64,000 nt of DNA, from positions 182,533-246,532 of the forward strand of contig JBAZJI010000001.1 in NCBI GenBank assembly GCA_041651395.1, given 5' to 3'. Shown one piece after another: positions 17,391-25,290 of this stretch; the stretch's first letter is position 1, and each line of letters starts with the position of its first letter. The position numbers were made by a program, and so were the translations under genes. The notes beneath the pieces are model-generated. The model was given only the letters and a program-made list of their open reading frames with translations. It made no database searches and was not told the DNA's origin. The stretch is from Minisyncoccota bacterium (GTDB lineage: Bacteria > Patescibacteriota > Minisyncoccia > Minisyncoccales > JAGOPM01).

Positions 17391-19556
17391 ATGGTGAAAA
17401 AGCTCGAAAAGATTCAAAAAAGGGATGGCCGCATTGTTGATTTTGATCAAGTGAAGATTACCGACGCGGTCGAGAAGGCGATTTTGGCAACCAATGCCGG
17501 TGACGGGGCAATGGCCGCAAAAGTTTCTGATAAAGTGACCGATATTTTATCTAGAAGATTTCGTAAGGGCGAGGCGCCTAATATCGAACAGGTACAAGAT
17601 GTTATTGAGGAGGTATTGATGCTGGAAGATTTGGTGGAAACGGCCAAGGCTTACATTATTTATCGTGAGCAACGCCGCCAATTACGCGAAATCGAAAAAG
17701 CTACTGATGAATCGGTTGGGCACGTCGAGCAATATTTGAATAAACTGGATTGGGAGGTGAAGGAGAATGCCAATATGGCTTATTCTTTGCAGGGTCTTAA
17801 CCATTATGTGGCGACCTATGTGATGAAAAAATATTGGCTGGAAAAAATTTATCCCAAAGAAGTCCGCGAGGCCAATGAGAACGGGGCTTTTCATGTGCAT
17901 AATTTAGATACACTTGGACCGTATTGCATGGGTTGGGATCTTTACGATTTTTTACTCAAGGGCTTTGGCGGGGTTAACGGCAAAGTGGAATCTAAACCGC
18001 CAAAACATTTCCGTTCTGCCCTTGGGCAAATTGTAAACTTTTTGTACACCATGCAGGGGGAGTGCGCCGGAGCCGTGGCCTTTTCTAATTTTGATACTTT
18101 GCTAGCCCCTTACATTCGCCATGACAATTTGAATTATCAGCAAGTTAAGCAGGCGATGCAGGAGTTCATGTTTAATTTGGCTGTGCCGACTCGGGTTGGA
18201 TTTCAGACGCCCTTTACTAATATTACTTTAGATATTAAACCCTCAGCGGCTTTTGCCAGTGAGCCGGCTTTAGTGGGTGGCGTGGCGCAAGAAAAAACCT
18301 ATTCCGAATATCAGGAAGAAATGCGGATTTTAGATAAAGCTATTTATGAGTGTATGTTGGAGGGTGATAAAAATGGACGGCCCTTTACCTTTCCGATACC
18401 AACTATAAATATTACGAAGGATTTTGATTGGGATAACCCCGATCTTGATATCGTTTGGGAGGCGACGGCAAAATATGGCATAAATTATTTTGCCAATTAC
18501 ATAAATTCGGAAATGGATCCCAAGGATGTGCGCTCGATGTGTTGCCGGCTTCGCTTGGATTTGACCGAGCTGCGTAATCGCGGCGGCGGCGGACTTTTTG
18601 GGGCTGGAGCTCTGACCGGCTCAGTGGGTGTGGTAACCATTAATTTGCCCAGAATCGGCCATACTTCTAAAACCAAAAAGGAGTTTTTTGCCCAGTTGCA
18701 TAAAATAATGGATTTGGCTAAAGACAGTTTGGAGATAAAGCGCAAGGTTTTGGAAAATTTCATTGAGAAGGGCCTTTATCCTTATTCGCGCTATTATTTA
18801 GCCGGAGTCAGAAAGGCCCGCGGAAAATATTTTGCCAATCATTTTTCTACCATCGGCCTTACGGGTATGAATGAAACCCTTTTGAATTTTTTGGGTGAGG
18901 ATATCGGCTCGCAAAAAGGGCGTAAATTCACTTTAGAGGTGCTCGATTATATGAGAGATGTATTGGTCAAATACCAAGAGGAAACCGGAAATATTTATAA
19001 TTTAGAGGCGACGCCGGCAGAAAGTACTTCCTATCGCTTGGCGCTTAAGGATTTGAAGATGCACCCCGATATAATCCACGCCGGAACCAAGGAAGTGCCT
19101 TACTATACTAATTCCACCTTATTGCCGGTCAATTATACCGATGATGTTTTTGAGACTCTGAAACTGCAAGACGAGATACAATGTAAATATACCGGCGGAA
19201 CGGTCTTGCATATTTTTGTCGGGGAGAGGATACACGAAATAGGGCCAGTGAAGAATTTAGTCAAAAAAATATTCAGCAAATTCCGACTTCCTTATATTAC
19301 CATTACTCCGACCTTTTCTATTTGCCCCGTGCATGGATACATTTCCGGCGAGCACAAGACTTGCCCCAAGTGCGTGGTGCAGCAGCCTTGCGAGGTGTAT
19401 TCGCGCATTGTTGGGTACTTGAGGCCGGTCAACCAGTGGAATGAAGGCAAACAGCAGGAATATTGTGACCGGAAAACTTATAAAGTGGAAATTCCCCAAG
19501 CTGCTCCCGCCCAAGAGGGCTCACACGTCCAGGCAATCTTAGTTAAAGAACCCTAA
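17391..19556 (+). CDS. nrdD: Anaerobic (class III) ribonucleoside-triphosphate reductase with N-terminal ATP cone
   Basis: IQKRDGRIVDFD ATP cone; SMCCRL; EATPAES; CPVHG..CPKC Zn site; YSRIVGYLRPV glycyl-radical loop. Confidence 0.95.
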   Translation: MVKKLEKIQKRDGRIVDFDQVKITDAVEKAILATNAGDGAMAAKVSDKVTDILSRRFRKGEAPNIEQVQDVIEEVLMLEDLVETAKAYIIYREQRRQLREIEKATDESVGHVEQYLNKLDWEVKENANMAYSLQGLNHYVATYVMKKYWLEKIYPKEVREANENGAFHVHNLDTLGPYCMGWDLYDFLLKGFGGVNGKVESKPPKHFRSALGQIVNFLYTMQGECAGAVAFSNFDTLLAPYIRHDNLNYQQVKQAMQEFMFNLAVPTRVGFQTPFTNITLDIKPSAAFASEPALVGGVAQEKTYSEYQEEMRILDKAIYECMLEGDKNGRPFTFPIPTINITKDFDWDNPDLDIVWEATAKYGINYFANYINSEMDPKDVRSMCCRLRLDLTELRNRGGGGLFGAGALTGSVGVVTINLPRIGHTSKTKKEFFAQLHKIMDLAKDSLEIKRKVLENFIEKGLYPYSRYYLAGVRKARGKYFANHFSTIGLTGMNETLLNFLGEDIGSQKGRKFTLEVLDYMRDVLVKYQEETGNIYNLEATPAESTSYRLALKDLKMHPDIIHAGTKEVPYYTNSTLLPVNYTDDVFETLKLQDEIQCKYTGGTVLHIFVGERIHEIGPVKNLVKKIFSKFRLPYITITPTFSICPVHGYISGEHKTCPKCVVQQPCEVYSRIVGYLRPVNQWNEGKQQEYCDRKTYKVEIPQAAPAQEGSHVQAILVKEP

Positions 19557-19678
19557 ATTTTCCCCCGCCTAAAAAGCGGGGAAAGGTTTAGAATGAAAAA
19601 TATCCAATGGATACCGGCGAAAGCCGGTATGGCAAAATGAAATTATTGGTTCAACTAAATTAGTTATCGGTTGATTTT

Positions 19679-20386
19679 ATGCTTATTGGCGGATTGCAAA
19701 AAACAACATTAATTGATTATCCGGGTAAAATAGCCTGCGTTGTTTTTTTGGCCGGTTGTAATTTTCGGTGCCCATTTTGTTACTCAGCGGAAATTGTTTT
19801 GCCGGAAAAAATTTTAAGGCAGCCGACGATCAGCGAGGAAAAATTTTTTGCTTTTCTGAAGGACAAAGTCGGGATGCTCGACGGGGTAGTAGTCTGCGGC
19901 GGAGAACCGACCTTAAATGAGGATTTACCCAATTTTATAAAGAAAATAAAAAATTTAGGATTTTTGGTGAAGCTGGATACTAACGGCAGCAATCCCGCCA
20001 TGCTTAAAAAGCTCCTTAAGGGAAATTTTCTCGATTATGTAGCTATGGATATCAAAGCCAAGCCTGAAAATTATAAAAAGGTTGGCTGTGGTGCCTCGGA
20101 TTTTCAAAAAGTAGAGGAAAGCGTAAAAGAGTTGAAGAAAAATAATATTGCCTTTGAATTTAGAACCACGATGGTTCCGGGCTTGGTTTCGGCTTCGGAT
20201 ATGCCCCAAATTGCCAAATGGATCGGCGGTTTAGACGTTCCTTATTATTTACAGAATTTTCGTCCGGATAAAACTTTAGACCCTTCCTTGATGTCTCTTT
20301 CCCCTTATACTGACCAAGAAATCAAAGAAGCCGAACAAGCCGCCAAGCCGTATTTTAAGAGTGTGAAAGTGCGAAACTATATTTGA
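19679..20386 (+). CDS. nrdG: Anaerobic RNR activating enzyme (radical SAM)
   Basis: GCNFRCPFC CxxxCxxC, GGEPT, KLDTNG; directly after nrdD. Confidence 0.92.
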   Translation: MLIGGLQKTTLIDYPGKIACVVFLAGCNFRCPFCYSAEIVLPEKILRQPTISEEKFFAFLKDKVGMLDGVVVCGGEPTLNEDLPNFIKKIKNLGFLVKLDTNGSNPAMLKKLLKGNFLDYVAMDIKAKPENYKKVGCGASDFQKVEESVKELKKNNIAFEFRTTMVPGLVSASDMPQIAKWIGGLDVPYYLQNFRPDKTLDPSLMSLSPYTDQEIKEAEQAAKPYFKSVKVRNYI

Positions 20387-20533
20387 GAAACTGGGGCTTT
20401 GCCCCACGCACCTAACTGCCTTGCGCGATACCTTAAAAGATAATTTGTGTGAGTATTAAGAAGATATCCAAGACTTCGACCCACAGCTCTTCTTGCAAAG
20501 AGCTGATTTTTTTATATTATTAAAGCAATATAT

Positions 20534-21613
20534 ATGATGAAGATTGAGTTCCCGGTTTTCAAAACTAGAGTCCAAGGGGTTGATAGAAAGTTCGACCTTA
20601 CGACCGTAGCGGGCCGCAGAGAATATTTTCAGGCCAAAGCCGGATTAGAGATAGCCAAGATAAAGGATTATTTGGATAAGGGCGGCACTTTTGTTGCGTA
20701 TTTATTGGGTAAGAAGAATTCCGGTAAAGGAACTTATTCTAAGCTTTTTGCTGAGGCTATCCAAACCGATAGGGTCGCACATATTTCTATTGGCGATCTC
20801 GTCCGTTCGGTCAACGAAGAGGCGAAAGACCCTGCTAAGAAAAGAGAATTAATTGCTTGGTTAGAGAAAAATTATCGCGGTTATAGCGATCCGGAAGAAG
20901 GTATTAATATTTTGCTCTCTCGTGACGTTTCTAAGCTTTTGCCTACGGAACTCATTTTGGCTTTGACTAAGCGCGAAATTGCCAAGCACCCGCGCAAAGC
21001 TATTTTTTTAGATGGTTTTCCAAGGCAATTAGACCAAATTTCTTACTCCTTATACTTCCGCGACCTGATCGACTATAGGCAAGACCCGGACTTTTTCGTT
21101 TTAATAGATGTTTCCGCTTCGATTATTGATGAGCGCATTAAATATCGGCGCATTTGCCCGGCTTGCAAAACCCCGCGCAACCTTAAGCTTTTAAGGACCT
21201 CTAAAGTTCAATTTAATAAGAACAATAAAGAGTATGAGCTTATTTGCGACAATCCCGATTGTAGTGGTGGCAATCCAGTCATGGTGCAGAAAGAAGGGGA
21301 TAGCTTAGGCATTGAAGCTATTCGTGACCGGATTGAGGCTGATGATACCTTAGTAGAAAAAGCTTTTGGTCTTTATGGTATACCAAAAGTTTTGTTGAGA
21401 AATTCGGTGCCCTTGGATGTAGTTAGGGATATGGTTGATGATTACGAGCTCACGCCCGAGTATGTTTATGAAACCCAAGGAGACGGTTCGGTAAAAGTTA
21501 CGGAAAAACCTTGGACTATAATTGATGATCGGGGAGTGGTTTCTAATTCCTTGATGCCCGCCCCGGTAGCCCTTTCCCTTATTAAGCAGATGTCAGACGT
21601 GTTGGGATTATAA
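20534..21613 (+). CDS. Adenylate/nucleoside-monophosphate kinase-like protein with N- and C-terminal extensions
   Basis: P-loop GKKNSGKGT, HISIGDLVR, LDGFPR, RRICPAC...CDNPDC Zn-lid. Confidence 0.75.
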   Translation: MMKIEFPVFKTRVQGVDRKFDLTTVAGRREYFQAKAGLEIAKIKDYLDKGGTFVAYLLGKKNSGKGTYSKLFAEAIQTDRVAHISIGDLVRSVNEEAKDPAKKRELIAWLEKNYRGYSDPEEGINILLSRDVSKLLPTELILALTKREIAKHPRKAIFLDGFPRQLDQISYSLYFRDLIDYRQDPDFFVLIDVSASIIDERIKYRRICPACKTPRNLKLLRTSKVQFNKNNKEYELICDNPDCSGGNPVMVQKEGDSLGIEAIRDRIEADDTLVEKAFGLYGIPKVLLRNSVPLDVVRDMVDDYELTPEYVYETQGDGSVKVTEKPWTIIDDRGVVSNSLMPAPVALSLIKQMSDVLGL

Positions 21614-21669
21614 TTCCCCGGGGCTAATGCCGTAGATCAGGTTTTTACAAAAGGTTTTTAGGCGCACGC

Positions 21670-21704
21670 AAACAAAAACTGCCTTAGTCGGGCAGTTTTT
21701 GTTT
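21670..21704. terminator. Bidirectional intrinsic terminator
   Basis: AAACAAAAACTGCC-TTAGTCG-GGCAGTTTTTGTTT perfect 14-bp stem. Confidence 0.8.
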
Positions 21705-21822
21705 CTTGACGCTCGGGCTTTATTATTGAAATGGCAGCGTAATTATTTTTTTCAAAGCAATGCTGCAAAAACCTTTTGCGGGAGTAGTTAGTGCGAATTA
21801 GATTTTATTAAATATGAATAAT

Positions 21823-22035
21823 AAAAGAAGCCGCTAAAAGCGGCTTATGAGGGAGACATCAAAGATGTTTTGTGGTGGGGCCCGGCGAAATTGGTTACAT
21901 ATAAGGAGGTTCAAGCATTTTGAAAATTATTCAGGCCGGGCCCGAGGTGAAAAATGTAGGATCGTCTACCTACGGCATTATCTTTAGGGTGTTTATGGGT
22001 AAAAGTGCTGGAGGAGCAATGGTAAGATTGATCCC
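21823..22035 (-). ncRNA. Candidate small RNA, unit C (~210 nt)
   Basis: Promoter TTGACT(22068-22063)-16-TATTAT(22046-22041) with TG; terminator AAGCCGC-TTTTA-GCGGCTT-CTTTT (21846-21823); internal 9-bp GC stem; no sizeable minus-strand ORF. Confidence 0.45.
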
Positions 22036-22076
22036 AAATAATAATATCATCTAATCTCTTTTAGTCAAATAAAGAT

Positions 22077-22642
22077 AAATAAAAGCGCGCTCTTGGGTAG
22101 AGCGCTTTTGAATGAATAATCTTGGCATTGTCCCATAAGGTGTGGGGTTTGGTAGAGCGGCTGAATACATAATGCCCAGGATGTGAAAGTTTATGGCATT
22201 ATTTTTAACGGGTACTGTCACCTGAATTTGGCTGTAAGCCAATATAATCCATCAGCTTGGTTGCGATCTTACAAGCCTTTTTTGGATTTGTTTATTCTTG
22301 GCCGCTTGCCCGTGCATCAACCACTTAAAATAGAAAATCATTTTTTTGACCGTCGCATTTTTGTTATCAGGGTTTATCCCTACTCCTAACCATTTTCCTC
22401 CTTTGTCTTTGCATTGGAGAGAATTCCGCGCACGTGGCCGGATGATGGCTTGGGGGAGTCCTCGCATTCCTTTGACTGCGGGATTTGGATTTCCCTAAAA
22501 CAACCTTAAAAAATCATTTTGGACCCGCTCTTATAAAGAGCATTGCACCTCCTCGAAATTTTCCATCTGGGCGTGGGATGACTGCTAAGATATATAGGCG
22601 TATTTTAAGGGGCTAGGTCTCCTGAGCGCGCATGCGTTCAGT
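22077..22642 (-). ncRNA. Candidate non-coding or decayed transcription unit B (~565 nt)
   Basis: Promoter TTGACA(22677-22672)-17-TAATAT(22654-22649); terminator hairpin 22081-22110; only 8-9-codon SD-led ORFs inside. Confidence 0.4.
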
Positions 22643-22684
22643 AACAGTATATTATTTAAGAGAGAGGTATTTGTCAATATATAT

Positions 22685-23687
22685 AAAAAAGGGCGCAAAA
22701 GCCCTTAAAAAACGAAAGGCGCCTTTGGGGTAAGGTCGCCTGTGTGGGATTTTCCATGTCTCTTGCCCCTTGCATTCGGATTCTTGTCAGGAGTCTTTGC
22801 GACTGATGTTGACGAAAATCTGATGTTTCAAAAAATACTGGCAATGTCTTGTACGGGTCGCTTTGGAGCCGTACTTGCGCTATCCCTCTTGTTGGCAATA
22901 AGCCAAATGCCTCCGTCTTGGAACTCTTGGCAGTGGAAGAATGGGTCTCACGGGACCGATTCCAGTGCTATTCCTCGAACGCTAAGGCCTTTTATAGATA
23001 GGGCGTGGACACATTGTTCTCCAGCTGTTTGTTGGACGATGTCTGCCAAGCAAACAAATTAAGCGAGATAAACCGGATCATTTGTCCGGGCGGGGTATCA
23101 ACAGAACGGCTTTTTGCATGGTTCATAACTCCCTGCAAATAAGTTTTCTGAAAGATTCCCCCTGATCCCATTTGAACTCATTGATCTTAAAGATCGATTT
23201 TTTGGCCTATCATGGTGAATAATTCACCCTTCTACCATCTTTTGATGGTGACGCCTTTCCCATTAGCCTTCTTGATTAATCCGGCTAATGGCGGCTTGCC
23301 TGCAGTGATTTCTTTTGGCACTGCAGCGCGGTTTAGCGTGTTGGTGGATGGCTTGGTCAAAGTAATCCGGGCAGTCCCGGTTATTTGGCTTGGGCCATTT
23401 TTAGGCAAAAATCAAGGTCCGTCTCGAATATGGTTCATGGCTATTGTTCTCTCTGCGCTTTAGCGCCTTGGGTGAAGACTTGCAACCGCAACCGGTTGCT
23501 GGTCAAAAACAAATACCATGAGCGGGTGGGAGAGTGGAAAATATATTAATATGAATGAGCATTTATGCCGGGTTAGGCCCCTTTCCGATTTCAATCGTCG
23601 CCGTAAATATTACTGGAGCAATCTCTGTTGCTGAATTTGGGGCCTTTTCCCTTGTAAACCAACCAGGACCTTGTCCTTGATTGGTTT
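22685..23687 (-). ncRNA. Candidate large structured RNA, unit A (~1000 nt)
   Basis: Promoter TTGACA(23719-23714)-17-TATCAT(23696-23691) with TG; tandem terminators at 22741-22707 and 22706-22685; many short perfect hairpins; no credible ORF. Confidence 0.5.
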
Positions 23688-23690
23688 TTA

Positions 23691-23719
23691 ATGATAGCAT
23701 ACTTTATATATTTTGTCAA
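23691..23719 (-). promoter_or_regulatory. Near-consensus sigma70 promoter driving unit A
   Basis: TTGACA-aaatatataaagtatgc-TATCAT. Confidence 0.75.
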
Positions 23720-23770
23720 GAGGGTTATTTTACAACAAAAAAACGCCCATTTCTGAGCGCTTTCCGTTTG

Positions 23771-23841
23771 TCGGGCTGCCGGGAATTGAACCCGGATTTT
23801 ACCCACCCCAAGGGCATGTACTGCCGTTGTACTACAGCCCG
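23771..23841 (-). tRNA. tRNA-Pro (anticodon GGG), CCA not encoded
   Basis: CGGGCTG acceptor, GTAC D-stem, TGCCC/GGGTA anticodon stem with loop TTGGGGT, GGTTCAATTCC T-arm, C1:G72 and A73. Confidence 0.93.
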
Positions 23842-23905
23842 ATGTAGCCATTGGCTACATCGGGCGATCCCTTAAAGGTGGGTTCCCGGCAGCCAAGGGT
23901 CAGTG

Positions 23906-24127
23906 TTATTTCGTCTTTTTGCTAAGAGCCTTAATACACTTGGCACAGGCCAATACTTTTTGTCCCACAAACTTTTTATATTTGCCGGTAGCCGAAACAG
24001 GCACCAATACTTTGTGCAAATTCGGGAATTTTCTTTTCTTGGGGCCGGGATTGTAGCGGGACATGAGCTTCTTATACTCACGGGTCATAATGGAGCCCTT
24101 GCCGCAAATGGTGCAGATTCTGGACAT
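23906..24127 (-). CDS. rpmB: 50S ribosomal protein L28 (Zn-binding type)
   Basis: MSRICTICGK...KRKFPNL...CAKCIKAL. Confidence 0.9.
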   Translation of the reverse strand: MSRICTICGKGSIMTREYKKLMSRYNPGPKKRKFPNLHKVLVPVSATGKYKKFVGQKVLACAKCIKALSKKTK

Positions 24128-24235
24128 AGTTTCAGTAATTATTTTGACTTCTAAATAATAGTATAATTTTTCATTTTTGGCAAGAGGATGAAGGGTTTGC
24201 GATATTTTGGCGCTGTTTGGTATAATGAGTCTGAT

Positions 24236-25180
24236 ATGAAAAAGATTTTATTTGCGCTTGTTATATTTTCTATTTTAATCGCGCCAAAGGTTTTGGCCTA
24301 CCAAGAATGGGTTGATAGCGGCTATAGGCAATCATCATATTCGGGGTTGGATTGCGGTAACTCGCCATTCACTTGTTATATTTCCGAGGATTACGTGGAG
24401 GCCAAGTATAATCAAGATATGGCCCAATATTACGCAGCCCAAAATACGGCCGGAGAAACCAATGATTATTCTATTATAAGGCAGCTAAGCCTTCCTGTTT
24501 ATGCAGGGGAAATGGTTGACGGGCGCCTTTATTGCTATTTTGGTTATGTTGAAAATCCCCAGACTCAGCGTTGCGAGAGAATAAGCGTGCCGGAAAATGC
24601 GGCACTTAGCGAGAGTGGAAAGGGGTGGAGCTGCTTATTCGGGTTTAAGAAAGTTTATGGCCAAGATGTTTGCGAATTGGATTCCGTCCCTTCTTTGGCC
24701 AAGGTTAAACTAGACAACCATACCAATGATTGGGGTTGCGTTTTTGGCTTCAAAAAGGCCTTCGGCGGTTGTGAGAGATTGATTTTCCCAGCGCATGGGC
24801 ATGCAGATTCTGAGGCTAAAGATGGTTGGGATTGCGATAGAGGATACGAGCGAACCGAAGATGGGGACTTTTGCCAGAAGATTGAAATTCCGGCTAATGC
24901 CAAACTCAGCAAGGCCGGCAAATCCTGGGTTTGCAATTCCGGCTATGCTGTACAGTATTTGGCCAATGATCAAAGAATTTGTGTTAAGGCCGGAACAGTA
25001 AAATCTCCCCTCAGAGCAGTGGCCGGGGTCAAAAAACTAAGCTGTAAATTTGGCTATGAGGATTCGGGCGGGGAGTGCACGAAAATTTTAATTCCGCTTA
25101 ATGGCCAGCTGGCCGCTGACGGCAAATCCTGGGTTTGTAAGTCGGGGTACCGAAAGGTTGAAGGCCGATGTCTAAGATAA
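24236..25180 (+). CDS. Secreted protein with five C-x4-[IVF]P-x-N/H...W-x-C-x2-G-[FY] repeats
   Basis: Start at MKKIL with signal peptide; repeats such as CQKIEIPANAKLSKAGKSWVCNSGY and CTKILIPLNGQLAADGKSWVCKSGY. Confidence 0.82.
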   Translation: MKKILFALVIFSILIAPKVLAYQEWVDSGYRQSSYSGLDCGNSPFTCYISEDYVEAKYNQDMAQYYAAQNTAGETNDYSIIRQLSLPVYAGEMVDGRLYCYFGYVENPQTQRCERISVPENAALSESGKGWSCLFGFKKVYGQDVCELDSVPSLAKVKLDNHTNDWGCVFGFKKAFGGCERLIFPAHGHADSEAKDGWDCDRGYERTEDGDFCQKIEIPANAKLSKAGKSWVCNSGYAVQYLANDQRICVKAGTVKSPLRAVAGVKKLSCKFGYEDSGGECTKILIPLNGQLAADGKSWVCKSGYRKVEGRCLR

Positions 25181-25189
25181 ATAGCATAT

Positions 25190-25214
25190 CCGCCCGGTTT
25201 TCCGGGCGGTTTTT
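25190..25214 (+). terminator. Intrinsic terminator
   Basis: CCGCCCGG-TTTT-CCGGGCGG-TTTTT. Confidence 0.8.
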
Positions 25215-25290
25215 AGTTAGTTGACATTCTTGACAAATAGTGCGATTATTGTATTAAATACTTTCAAAATATATAAGGAAAGGAGGGAAA

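Noticed and set aside
22360-22543. TGA recoding (code 25 or Sec) to rescue ORFs in the ORF-free region
   Set aside because: rplC, rplP, rpsJ and secY end in TGA; read-through still meets TAA after about 59 codons and the product is not protein-like
22742-23463. Plus-strand ORFs 22742..23062 and 23212..23463
   Set aside because: Weak GTG starts, no SD or promoter, no recognisable motif; antisense to a strong promoter-terminator unit
21823-23690. CRISPR array, tmRNA, RNase P RNA or rRNA in the non-coding region
   Set aside because: No regularly spaced direct repeats or cas genes, no tRNA-like ends, no GAGGAAAGUCC, no rRNA signature sequences seen
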